Assembly: GCF_006345805.1 (NCBI RefSeq)
Contig: NC_043007.1
Coordinates: 16,058,001-16,122,000, forward strand
DNA: 64,000 bases
Direction: 5' to 3'
Source of the DNA: Octopus sinensis
Lineage: Eukaryota
The position numbers were made by a program, and so were the translations under genes. Under the pieces are notes generated by a model. It worked only from the letters and a program-made list of their open reading frames with translations. It did not search any database and was not told the DNA's origin. This document shows, piece after piece, positions 41,902 to 54,900 of this stretch; the first letter of the stretch is position 1; every line of letters starts with the position of its first letter.

Positions 41902-42211
41902 TCCGTTATAAATGCAATTTGCTGGACTAGATGCAAACACGATACCGAGATATCGCGTGCATGGAGTTCAGCCTATTACATTTGAATATATCTTTCAAAT
42001 GCCTTTACTTTGGCGCGTTGAGGCCCGAGAAAACTAGTCTGCAGCTAATAATTAGCAGCAGTCAATTTATCGGTTAGAGAACATATTTATTTATATAAAA
42101 TTAATTAAGGGTAGAAATTGATATTTATCAATTAAGACCAGTGGTCTAGCATATTAAAAAAGAATCCGAAGATTAAAATATTTATATATACCAATTAAGG
42201 ACTGAACACGA

Positions 42212-42275
42212 CCATGCTGATGATGGCTGCAGTTTTCCTTGCGGAAAATAACAGTCGAAACTAATTAGTACATGG
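42212..42275 (+). ncRNA. Type I hammerhead ribozyme (inverted copy)
   Basis: CCATG CTGATGA T GGCTG CAGTTTTCCTTGCGGAAAATAA CAGTC GAAA CTAATTAGTA^CATGG. All stems intact. Confidence 0.87.
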
Positions 42276-42474
42276 GTAATTATTTATTTCGTATATTTTT
42301 CACTTGTTTATTGCTATGGTTTTGTGCTGAGTTTGATCTGAGAACATAATCTTTTGTGGTGAATGGCGATTTGACGTCTATATCTAGCATGTTGACTGTC
42401 CACTTTTCGTGTTCAGTCCTTAATTGGTATATATAAATATTTTAATCTTCGGTTTCTTTTTTTTTTTTAATATG

Positions 42475-45400
42475 TTTGTCCGGTACTGTTTGAAGGAATT
42501 TGTCCAAAGACTTCTTGAATTCTGTGTGGTCAGTTTCTTTTTTGACGTGTCCTGGTGTAATGTTGAAGAGAGCGGGTCCAATTGAAGTGAAATAGTTGTG
42601 CCGTATTGTCGTTATGTGATGCGATTTAGATTTTTGTTGTGGACGGATGGCACGTGGTCCAAGCCTTGGATGTATTTTGAAGCTGATGCCAACATCATTC
42701 GGACAGTGCTGATGGAATATTTTCCACATCATACAGATAATGTAGCGTTCACGGCGTTGTTGGAGTGAATACAATTTCAGCTTCTCTAGTCTACCCCAGT
42801 AGTCAAGGTCTGACATGCCATCTATCTTTTTTGTGATTGACCTTTGGGGAGCTTCATTTCTCATAATATTTTGTTTTGTGTAGGGAGACCACAGTGGACA
42901 GCAGTATTCAAGGTGGGGTCGGGCAAAAGTGGAGAAGAGAAGGATAATAGCGTGGGAATCTCTCGACTGGAAGGCTCTGAGAATCCAGGAACACATTCTG
43001 CGGGCCATGTCAACTTTGCTGCTTATATGTGTAGCCCAGCTTATGTTGTTGTCCACTGTTACTCCCAAGTCTCTGATGTTGTTGGATGCCATGAGAATTT
43101 CTCCAGAAGGAAGAGAGTATGGGAGTTTCAGAGCGTCCTCCCTTCCAAAGTGGATCAGTTCGAATTTGTCTTCATTTAGCAACATGTTATTCTTTTCCGC
43201 CCATTGGACAACAGCCAGTAGGTCTGACTGAAGGTTTATTCGGTCATCCACGCCATTGATGACCTTCTGGAGCTTGGAATCATCAGCGAAGGTTCTGATG
43301 TTACTGTGTTTGATGGTGTCATTAATATCATTTATGTAGATGATGAAGAGAAGTGGGCCCAACACAGTGCCTTGTGGGACACCACTGCTGACTCTGGCTG
43401 GGCTGGATTTGACTCCTTCGACTACAACATGTTGGGTTCTGTTAGACAGGAAGCACTTGATCCACTGCAGCAGCTTTCCAGTGACACCAATATTGGACAG
43501 CTTTCTCAAAAGGATCTTATGATCAACCCTGTCAAAGGCCTTGCTGAAATCAAGGTAGATGACATCAGTGTTGGAACCTTCTCCCAAGGCTCTCAGAATG
43601 TCATCAAAATGATGCAGTAGCTGCGTCAGGCAATCTCTCCCATTACGGAATCCATGCTGGTTGGGGTTCAGCATATTATGACTCTCAAGGAAGTGAGTCA
43701 TACGCGATCTCAGCACCCTCTCAAATACCTTGAGGATATGAGAGGTGAGTGAGATTGGACGGTAATTCACGGCAAGCGATTTGTTCCCTTTTTTGAAAAC
43801 TGGGACAACAGACTGGGATAGAAGGTCTTCTGGTATATATCCAGCATCCAGTGAGTTCCGCCACAGATTGGCTAGCAGGGAACCTATCGGGACCTACTGC
43901 TGAATTATGCTTCATTTCCTTTATTGCTGCTAAGACATCAGGAGCGCCAAATGTTATGTCCGATAAAGTGTATTGGGGAGTAACATCACTGATACAGCCC
44001 AGATCAGTCATATCAGGATTGCTGAAAACAGAGCAATATTGTTTCTGCAATATCTCTCCCATGGTTTTGGCATTGTCTTGAAGAGTACCATTTTCATCAA
44101 TCAGAGGGCCAACAGTAGAACCAGTGACTCTGTGTTTTTTTGCAAATGAAAAGAACACTTTGGGATTGAGTTTGATCTTCTCAATGGCCCAGGCCTCTTC
44201 AGCTCTTCGCTGACTATTGATGATAGACATCATGTTGTTTTGGAGTTTATGTTTTTTAATCTCTGGCGACGAGATGGCAGTCAAGTTGGTGTGTTGCTGT
44301 TGACAGTATTTCAGCATGTTGATCTTTTTGTTAATTCTTTTAATTTTCCTTATGAGAGATTTTCTATTTCTAGGGATTCGACACTTAGATTTGTTTGCAG
44401 ATCTTAATGGGGTGTGTCTTGCACATATGTTCGTGATGGTGTCTACAAGTGACTGCCAGGACTTTTTGATGTTAGTGGGTGTGTATGTGTGCGTGAAGGA
44501 CCAATCGACTTGTGCAAGATCATTATTGATCGCTTCCCAGTTTGCATTGTGGAAATCCATAGTGTCAAATGGATGAACAGGAGGGATGACATTTGTTTTG
44601 CATTTTGGCCAGTGAAATCTCAGATCACAGAGAACCATGTCATGGTCGGAGAGTAGGGTTTTCTCCACTGCAATATTGTGGATAGTATCAGTGTGATTGC
44701 TGAAATTAAGTCTAAGACGTTTTTATGACATCTCGTTGGTTCGAGTACCAGTTGGGACAGGAAGAAATCATCCATGAAGTCAAGAAGCGATTCCACTGCC
44801 TCCCTGTCAGGGGTTGAGAGAGAAGAACCTGGCGGCATACTGTTTGTAGACCAGTCACCCCAGGAAGGTTGAAGTCTCCCATCATTAAAATGTTGTCAGG
44901 TTGACACTGCTGAATGAAACACTTTATGCTGTTGAGGCATTCCTGAAGCATGGTAGGGGCGTTTGGGGTGGTCTGTAGAGCCCAACTACTGTTAAGTTGT
45001 TAGTTTGACTGAATACAGCGACTGCTTCGCAGTATCCATTGGAAAATATGTTCATGGCTTCTGTTGAGAATGAATCATGAACATAAATGGCAGTCCCACC
45101 CTTTCTTCTGCCAGCACGATCAGCACGAATGGTTTTGAAATTTTTAACTTTCACCTCGGCTTCCAAGTGGAGGTCACTATTGGGTTTCAGTGAGGACGAA
45201 GAAAGGGATGTGGTTTGGATGGGCTTCGACCCAGTCCTCCAGGAATCTTATCTTCCATTTTTGTGTATTGGTAGAAGGGCTGATGCCTTGGGCATTAAGC
45301 AGAAATGTTGAGGCGAGAGTGGATGGTTTTAATTGTTTTGGTGATTTGTTTATTTGATTGCTTTTTAATGGCATGTGCAGTGGGGTAATAGTGGTGGATG

Positions 45401-45885
45401 GTGGTGGGTGATAGCTCGGATGTTTTTTTCCAGTTCTTTTGCTAGATTCATTATAGCAAAAAGAGGAAGAAGAGGTGGTTTCCTGTCTAGGGAACTGTGG
45501 GTGACTGTGGTTGTGGTTATTTTTATATGAGTGGTTATCTTTAAATGTCCGACGAGTCCCCGGGAGATGGGTAAAGGGGCAATCCCTGTGCAAACACAAT
45601 CTGTCTCGCTGGGAATAGCGGCAGATTTGGGGATTCCTTGTTTGAGATATTGGTGGTTGCTGTTGTAGTTTGTGGGGATAGAGCGTTTTGTTCCAGGTAA
45701 ATGGGTGAATTTGCAGTCTCTATCAGTGCACAGTCTATGGCGAAGAGAATATCGGCAAATGATGGGGTTTCGAGTGGGTGCGTAGGTGCGTGTGTGTGTG
45801 TGAGTTGTGAAAGGTGTAGATGATAGTTTGTTGAAGTTTTGGCGACCTTCGTGACCTGTAGGAGGTAAATTCCTTGAGATAGCAT
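42475..45885 (-). mobile_element. CR1-group LINE, APE endonuclease + RT, frameshifted, 3' end lost
   Basis: APE motifs (LNAQG, TET, YRPP, GDFNLP, SDH) across several frames. RT motifs YRPISLTS, YLDFSKAFD, VPQG, FADD. Ends abruptly at the inverted repeat. Confidence 0.92.
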
Positions 45886-45951
<66 letters not shown>

Positions 45952-45965
45952 GAGTAGTAGTAGTA
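45886..45965. repeat. (TAG)n microsatellite at the 5' side of the large LINE
   Basis: Direct inspection. Confidence 0.95.
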
Positions 45966-46492
45966 GAGATGACTTCTTATCAGACCAGTTTTTTGTTGGA
46001 TTTTTGGTGGCTAGCCTTCTGGTTGATATGTTTTATTATTTTATTTTTCGTTTGTTTTGTTGATTACTTTTAATTATTTGTTTTTTAAGGAGAAGTATGT
46101 GAATAGATTGTACAGAATGTTTGCTGTAATACTGAGAAGTTTGTATTTGAATTATGCCTTGTAGTTATTTTATCTTTCTTCTTCTTTCTTTTCCCTCTTT
46201 TTCTAAATTTTTTTGTGTGGGTGATCCTTTAGTTTATCAGAAGGTGTTTTGAAAATTTTGGTCGTTTCAAAATTATGAAAAATAGTTTGTGGTTAAGGAA
46301 AAGTCTACTCACGAGTTGTGAAAAAGCGTGGTTTCAAATATACAGGAATATATGTGATGGTCAATTTCGACGAATGTAGCTGTGAAGCTTGCTGCTGACC
46401 GGCGCATATATATATATTATATATATATATATGTTATATAATATGTTATATATATATATGTATATATATATATATTATATATATATATATTA

Positions 46493-46530
<38 letters not shown>

Positions 46531-46579
46531 TATTATATATTATATATATATATATTATGTATATATATATATAATATAT

Positions 46580-46702
<123 letters not shown>

Positions 46703-46805
46703 GTATATGTATATATAATATATATACATATATATATATACATATATATATATACATATATATATATACATATATATATATACATATATAATATATATAT
46801 ATATA

Positions 46806-46840
<35 letters not shown>

Positions 46841-46860
46841 ATATATATATATATACATAT

Positions 46861-47086
46861 AAACTTAGATAAACTTAGATATGTTTCGACCAAAGATTGG
46901 TCCAGGCCATGTCTAACTTAATAGCACCACCTGATAGGATTATTCGAATCCTGTTCAAGTCATGTTTTGTTTAAGTCAAGTTTTGTTCAAGTAATGAGTT
47001 CTTGTTGGGTGAGTTGTATCCAGTTTTGTTCAAGTAGTGACTTCTTATTGGGTGAGTTATATCCAATTATGGGTGGCTTATCTGGT
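46861..47086 (-). mobile_element. CR1-group LINE 3' end fragment inside a ~1.1-kb (TA)n-rich tract
   Basis: Same tail and 3' UTR as 39865, with small internal duplications. Confidence 0.88.
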
Positions 47087-47091
47087 ATATA

Positions 47092-47148
<57 letters not shown>

Positions 47149-47186
47149 TATACATATATATATATCATATATATATATATATATAT

Positions 47187-47220
<34 letters not shown>

Positions 47221-47240
47221 ATATACATATACATATACAT

Positions 47241-47278
<38 letters not shown>

Positions 47279-47401
47279 CATATATATATATATACATATA
47301 CATATACATATATATATATATATATACATATATACATATATATATATATACATATATATATACATATATATATACATATATATATATACATATATATATA
47401 C

Positions 47402-47432
<31 letters not shown>

Positions 47433-47457
47433 CATATATATATATACATATATATAC

Positions 47458-47539
<82 letters not shown>

Positions 47540-49330
47540 TGATATTGGGATAAGTATTAGCTGCCTTCATATTCCATCCTGAAGGTGGGCCTATTTTTAA
47601 AAATATTCATTACATTGCTCGTGTGTGTATTTGTAGTAGAATTGGTGGTTTTTTGAAGCTTTCGCTTTGATTTTTAGCAAGCAGTATCTTTGCCTTTCTT
47701 TTCTTCAAATATTTTATATTATACCTTTTTAGGTAGAAGTCTAGCTAGCCACTTCATTATTACTGTTTTTAAAAGTAATAATACTTTACATATTTACTTT
47801 TTTATTGTTTACGATAGTTTTTATCTTTAAACGGAGCGGAACCTTTAAAGTTAGAAACGCACACGAGTTGACGTAGTGAATATTTTAGAAAACATGCTGT
47901 CACTGACGGCCGTGACGTACATAGATAATGGCCCGAGGGCGTTGAGCAGCGACCTTGCTTTCAGCCCACGAACCACTGTTAAACTCTACAAACCACTGTT
48001 AAACCCACCATGATGACAGGAAACCGTTTGTAGAAGAGAGAAAGCGGGACGTGCCCTCCGGGCAAGGTGATTCAACCGATGGTCAAGAGGTTCAACCGAA
48101 GAAGTTCCTTCGGGAGCCTCACTTAAAAGCCTAATCGTGGCTTTTACACGTCGTAAGGTTTGCATCTGAACGGTGCTGGTGCCGAAGGTCACACCTCACT
48201 CGATGTCATCCCTTCGTGCTATGAGGGCCTCAGTTCTTTGTTCGTTCTCATCACTAGCACAAAGTTTTGTGGTTATGTTTAGTGTTTGTTGCTGTTGAGG
48301 GTATTTTCCTTCTCTTGGTTGTTGCATTTGTGGGAGTAATGGTTGTGATAGCGGTGGATCTCTTGTGGTACTAGGGTGTTTGAGGTAGGCGTGTCTGTAA
48401 ATATTGTGGCTGTGCTTTCCATGTTTTTGGTGTGGGGCATGAAGTTTATTGTGCTTTAATTTATTTTCTTATTTGGTTTTTGGGGGTGCCCCTTCATTCT
48501 CACTGCGTTATGCAGAGGTATCCTTATCTGTGGAACTAAGGTACAAGTCAATGTATATATTTGAGTTTAGAGGAGACTTAGAGGAGGAGGGAGTGAGAGA
48601 GCGCTCCGCTAGGAAAACCAATGGATGTGGTCTGTACCCGTTCTTATTCTTTCTGCTTTTGAAAGCGGTGCCGGTGCATCTGCTGCAGATGTTGGTATTG
48701 TTGGTGTTACTGTTGCCGTTGTTGCTGGTGTTGTAGTTGCTGCTGGCATTGGTGTTCTTCCAGCATTTACTGATTTTGTTGTTCTTGTTGTTGATGATGC
48801 ACAGAGTCACTGATTTGGAATGGATAGATTATTCATATTTAAAGTATGGTCTTTGAAAACGCGGGACCCAAACAGTATTGCCACAAATTTAGTCTGACAC
48901 TGGACCTGCAAAATCTCCTCACATATGATATGAAGTATGTCAAACTACTTTCCTATGTCCTGTCTGTCTAATCAAGTCTAACTTGCAACTATATAACACC
49001 AACAAAAAGTTATTGTAAACAAGTAGTTACTTGGTGATATTAATAGGTTAGTGATCTATTCCAGCTAAACCGCAGGCGGGAAAACAACATGAGTATATAG
49101 TGAACTTAATACTTATGCGCTTCAATTTAAAGTGACCTCTTTTATAGACACAGATTTTGTATGCAACCCTGTTGCAAGACTACTAGCCTATTTATATTCG
49201 GTTGACTTCAAGCATAACTATTTTATTATCTGCACAGATTTGTGTATCGGAAGCAAACCACACTCGTCCTAAAGAAGGTTGGGCTCTTAACGAAAATACA
49301 GATACATTATTGCAACAATAACATAGGATT

Positions 49331-49700
49331 ATGGATGTTTCAGCATCGTATTTTGGAGAAGCTATTAATATACAAATTCTTCTGATTGGAGTAGTCACTT
49401 TATTGCTCGCACGATGGCTTATAACTAGATCGAAATATAATTACAATTTACCCCCGGGTCCAATAGCCTTTCCAATTATTGGAAATATTCCTCAGATGGC
49501 TACAACCACAGATATTAATTTAAAGATGAAGGAACTTCGAAAACAATTTGGAGGTATCTTTAGACTCAATTTTGGTTCTGAAACCTTCGTGATTGTATGC
49601 AAAACGGAATGGATTTTAGAAGGATTGGTAAAGAAAGGAGATGAATTCAAAGGAAGACCCTTCTGGATGTACCTAGCGAAGATAATAACCCAAAAGAAAG
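49331..49700 (+). CDS. Cytochrome P450 copy C, exon 1
   Basis: Paralogous to copy B exon 1 (370 bp, G|gtcagt donor). Confidence 0.93.
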
Positions 49701-50803
49701 GTCAGTTATTTATGTCAACAAATGTCATCGCTTTTATTTCCTCCCCCTTGCATTTCCCCCCGTTTCTACAACACAGAATTCAATTCTGCTTCTACATTTC
49801 TCTATTTTCTCTAACGATTTTACTCTATACTTCTTTGTTTCTCATCTCGGGGTCTCGTTGGTCGAACAACTGCCTACTCCATCTGTTTACTCTTTTCCCA
49901 GTTTTTCAAAGGAAATTGTGCAAGCATATTACCACTATATATTTCATTCCTCTTAGCGATATTTCCGACTATAATTTTCGTTGTATTGTTACTTTTATAC
50001 CTGAATGTCACCAATTTACTTTGATGCTTTATGTTCTGTTTTGCAAAAGCTTTTTCTTGTTAACGGCAATTTGATAGTGGACGAAGGGAATTCCGTATTT
50101 CTGTTGGATTCTTTGTTGTTTTTGTTAGGTACAAACAACTTGTCTTATCTTTAACACAGAAAATACAATCTTAAAACTACCAGAAATGGTAGTCAGAACC
50201 CCGTCAAATATCACAGATTTACAGACGAGAGTATATATTAGATATTATAAACCCTGATAAAGGTATACTTTAATAGGCATAAAAAAGCGACACATTACGT
50301 ATACATATATAAAAAGGCGTGATAGTCATGAGCAGATAAAGATAACCAACTAAGAACATATTCTCACGTCAACCATCTGACTATTCATTCGATGTGCTTG
50401 TAATAGCAGCTAATAATACCTCAAATCATATAGTCCATAAAAAACACATTGTATAATGTAGTTTCTGATAGACCAGATAGCAGGAAGATCGTGGCATGGA
50501 GGCTTTTATCATAGCAAATTACTAATGGAACCTCTGTGCAAGAGGTTCCTCAACATCATAATACTCGCCAGGGTTTCCAGAGGTTGCAATTTACAGAATG
50601 AAAGCGTAATGATACATCAGACTATGCAGTCTTCGGTATAAAAAATTGATTAGGGGAAGGTTTCCATCGTAGATCGATTGAAGCTAAAAATAACAACCAA
50701 ATCCCACGTCTTGTCGTCCGACAAGATTTAATTGACAATCATTGTCAATATCACATATACGAAATATGAAATTGTGGGTTACACACCCACACACACACAC
50801 AAA

Positions 50804-50845
<42 letters not shown>

Positions 50846-50849
50846 ACAC

Positions 50850-50881
<32 letters not shown>

Positions 50882-51163
50882 TTTTAGAAATGTATGAACA
50901 CAAGCACGGCTTGGTGTCCAACTACGTGGTCTCGGCTTTTAGTCCCATTGTACGTGCCTCATGGATGCATTTGGTAGACAGAAACTGAAAGCCCATTGTA
51001 TGTATATATAATATATACATACAATGGGCTTTCAGTTTCTGTCTACCAAATGCATCCATGAGGCACGTACAATATATATATATATTCAAAATGTGACCGC
51101 GTGTGTACCATTGGCGAATTCTTTTCCTCCGTCTTCCCTTCTTTGGATCTTTCCTTTTCCTAT

Positions 51164-51198
51164 GTTTCTGACGAAGAGCTCCGCTCGAAACGTTAAAC
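51164..51198 (+). ncRNA. Minimal type I hammerhead ribozyme in a ~215-bp (TA)n-flanked element (~51085-51300)
   Basis: GTTT CTGACGA A GAGC TCC GCTC GAAA CG TT^AAAC: stem I 4 bp, stem II 4 bp, palindromic ACGT stem III. Confidence 0.72.
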
Positions 51199-51973
51199 CC
51201 TCCTTCTTTCCTTCATGCCTGGGTGTCCATTAATACTATACTTGTTCCACGTCCTCGTGTTGTTGTGTCTTCTCTTTGTTTTTTCATGTTTGGATTAACT
51301 ATATATATATACTGGATATTAATAGTTATCACCAAGCTAATGTGGCAGTCCAGAAATATAGGACGGATGCTGCCGTCGATTAGCTCCAAGAGGCCTATGC
51401 CTCTAGCTAGCTATGTGACACACGAACCTGTGTCCATTATGCCCTTCGAACAGGGCAGGTCAGCCGCTTCCCCTTGCTGGTCAGGCATCTACAGACTAGT
51501 TTCATGATATTTGCCCCTTATCAATGCAGAGTCGCCGAAATCAGCAGGCGGCGCTACTGACCGTCTGTTCGAAGGATTATTTACCTAAATTCAGTGGAAT
51601 ACATCCACTGGTTTTCAAAAATAGAAATATTAATATTTCTAAGCCTCTCTAAAGGAGACTACGGCAGCGGTACTGGATATATTTGGTTTTCTTTTTTTAT
51701 ATATAATGAATTAACTGATAAAACTTAGTAAAATTATTCAGAGTTTTATATATAGGGGTTTATTTGTTCATGCTTACTACTTCAGAAATATATGCAATGT
51801 TCATTCTATTATCACACATCTTAAATGTATATACATACTAATAACAAGAGTAATCCGACAGCCCCAAACCTCCACCAACGCAACACCAACGTCTTTGTTT
51901 CATTTATTTAGCACATGGCTCTTATAGAGAGGGAACAGTAATTATGTTTTTTTTTTCTTCACTATTGTTTTAG

Positions 51974-52199
51974 GAATCGCCTTTAACACTGGAAAAGAAT
52001 GGAAGGACTTGAAAAAGTTTACTATTTCAACACTCCGAGATTTAGGAATGGGTAAGAAAAAGCTAGAAGAGCAGATATATTTGGAAATCCAGACTTTAGC
52101 CGATGCTTTTCAATCTCACAATGGTAAACCGTTTTCTCTGAAAGATCCGCAGGCACATTTCTCTTTGAGTATTGTGTATTATATAGTATTTGGTGAAAG
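51974..52199 (+). CDS. Cytochrome P450 copy C, exon 2
   Basis: ttag| GIAFNTGKEWKDLKKF...VFGE AG|gttagt. 226 bp. Confidence 0.93.
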
Positions 52200-52323
52200 G
52201 TTAGTAAAAGTCAACATAATTGTATGCATTTATTATGGATGTATTGTATATTAGCATGCATGTATACGTGTATATATATATATTATATTATATGATGTTA
52301 TATCATATATTTCGTAATTAAAG

Positions 52324-52450
52324 GATCAGATTTGGTGAGCCAGAGTTTCAAGAAATAGCTGATGACTTACGATTTTTCTTCAACAATGTAAGTGCATTTA
52401 TGCCAGAGAATTTCTTTCCATTCCTGAGATTTTTCCGATGGAATTCTCCC
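52324..52450 (+). CDS. Cytochrome P450 copy C, exon 3
   Basis: aaag| (R)IRFGEPEFQEIADDLRFFF...WNSP|gtaagt. 127 bp. Confidence 0.88.
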
Positions 52451-53135
52451 GTAAGTATAAACACTTCCTATTCAAATTTGAATATCATTAAATCAGGTGC
52501 TGAACCGAGAAAATATAGCTTCGATAAACTCAAAATTCCATTATACCCTTATTATGAGGACTCAATGAGTCAGAGGAAAATTGCCAGAACAATATAGTAC
52601 CAGAATTTGCCTTTCATATCATAAAATTATTTCGTACTTAGATGCCTTCGATGCTGATAATTTTCTCAGTTATGTTGATTTACCTTTACATATTTACACC
52701 TCACCTGCAAGCTAAGTTTCCTCTATGCCTGATAAAATATCACTAATTCTCCTTGAATTTGGGCCTACGATGAAGACAATAGTAACGTTTGCCAGTAATA
52801 AATACCCACATATATAATTATATAATTCATAAGAATTTATACTTACACAAAACAATTTGTTTAGGAAAATATTTTAATTATAAAGACAGTTATGCATGTA
52901 AATAATATTCTCTTTTAGAAATGTGGCTAAAGAAAAACGTGGATACAATTTGTGTTAATTAATGAGTATAGCTGATTGATTTGGCTTAGTATAACAATTA
53001 CGTTTATTTTATTGTCTACAAAATGAGGAAATTCCTTTACAACGGAGAACGTTGATGACTGTAGATGAAAGCAAAATACTATAAAACTTTAAATTGGACA
53101 CATAGGCCACCGATGCTAATTTTTTTTCACTATAG

Positions 53136-53292
53136 CTAGAACAAATTATCAAGAACAACAACAAGATCCGAAGTTATATAAAAGAGAAAATCAGGGAACA
53201 TAAGGAAACATTTAATGTCGGCGACATAAGAGATTTCATTGACGTCTACTTACTCACACTTGAGAAGGAACCAAACAGTGAATCTTTATCTG
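53136..53292 (+). CDS. Cytochrome P450 copy C, exon 4 (exons 5-8 not visible)
   Basis: tatag| LEQIIKNNNKIRSYIKEK...RDFIDVYL...SESLS G|gtgagt. 157 bp. Confidence 0.92.
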
Positions 53293-54800
53293 GTGAGTGA
53301 CATTAGCTGTTATGCTTCTTTTGCTTCTGTATTTATTTTGGTAGTTTTGACTTTAAGAGTCCCTCCCTGCGTGTGGCATTTATGTATAGTAATGCCCTCT
53401 ATATAATATAAATAAATATATTTAAGTGAAAAAATTGGTAGATCATTTTCTCTTATGAGGTTTTTCACGCTAAACTACTTGATAAATTCTTATAAAGATT
53501 TTATCCTAATTTTAAATTTTAAATTTAACCGGAGTATACTCAGTACTGAATTTTTATTCCGAATAAGCACGTTGTTACCGAAATGCAATTCGAAAAAGCC
53601 TGCCATTTACATAGATGTATAAAAGGTGTGCATTTCTATATGCTACGTTGGATACATTGGTTGTTCGCCTGGTATGTTGATTTTGTTCATTCGTTATAAA
53701 TCTTGAATTATGCATGCACTGAGGAGTAAAAAGTGCATTACTAATTATGAAATCACGGTGGTATGCAGCTAAATTCTGTTTTTAAATGACTTGCTTCGAG
53801 AGTTGCATTCGGTACGATGTGTTTATTTATTTTGCTAGTTTTGACTTTAAGAGTCTCTCCTAGCGTGTGGCATATATATATATATATATATATAAATATA
53901 TATATATATGTATGTATATATATATATAAAGTAAATATGTACTTACATATAAGACCAAAAAGGGTGCGGGCTCGCTATATATATATGTATATGTAAAAAA
54001 TACAAACTGGGACAAGAACGCAAAACATTTAGAAGACGATACAAAAAACATGGACGGGACATTCGAAGCCTTCAATCTTCAGTCAAGAACCGGATCATCC
54101 TCGCAATTTCTCTTCCTCCTCACACGTGACTAACTGACCTTTTCGTTGTCAGCAGCCGTCCAGGCTAGACACATTTTTTTCTCTCTCTGCCCCAAGGCAT
54201 TTTTCTAACGCGCCAGCTCAAGTTCACACGTCCTGTCGAAAAGACGCCTGTCTGTGACGTCCTATTTTTGTTGTTATTATTTATTATTATCATTATTGTT
54301 TTTACGTATTTTCGTATTCTTATTCGTGTTATCATTATTGTTTTTACGTATTTTTGTATTCTTAGTCGTGTAACATCGTCCGTTTTCCCGTCCTTGTTTT
54401 GTATACATTCGAGGCTTTCTTCCAAGGAATCTAATGCGCTTGGCTTAGATTTTCCTTTGGGGCTGGCCAGGTCTGAGCAATCTCAAGATTAATCAGCCGA
54501 AATTGCGAGAATGATCCAGTTCTTGACTGAAGATTGAAGGCTTCGAATGTCCAGTCCGTATTTTTTGTATCGTCTTCTAAATGTTTTGCGTTCTTGTCCC
54601 AGTTTGTATTTTTTTACATACACACACACACACCATATATATATATATAATTAGTGAATGGAAGAAATGGAGTTGAACGAAGATTGTACAGAATTCCTTT
54701 TATTACATTCTACACATGTTTCAAAGGCCACAATTTTCCAAATTCTGATTAAATAGGATACCATATTGCAGCTTTCTCTTCAGGAAAAACCAGGAATTAC

Positions 54801-54900
54801 NNNNNNNNNNNNNNNNNNNNNNNNNNNNNNNNNNNNNNNNNNNNNNNNNNNNNNNNNNNNNNNNNNNNNNNNNNNNNNNNNNNNNNNNNNNNNNNNNNNN
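54801..54900. other. Assembly gap (100 N)
   Basis: N run. A round 100 usually denotes unknown size. Confidence 0.99.

Larger units (their letters stand above)
41171..42474. mobile_element. Hammerhead-bearing tandem repeat with inverted partial copy (retrozyme / Penelope pLTR-like)
   Basis: Units start at 41171, 41683 and 42189 (512 and 506 bp). 42211-42474 is the reverse complement of ~41638-41902. No recognisable coding sequence. Confidence 0.75.

Noticed and set aside
47860-48830. GC-richer stretch with short ORFs, possibly a LINE 5' region or ORF1
   Set aside because: No diagnostic motif, so it cannot be assigned without a database search.
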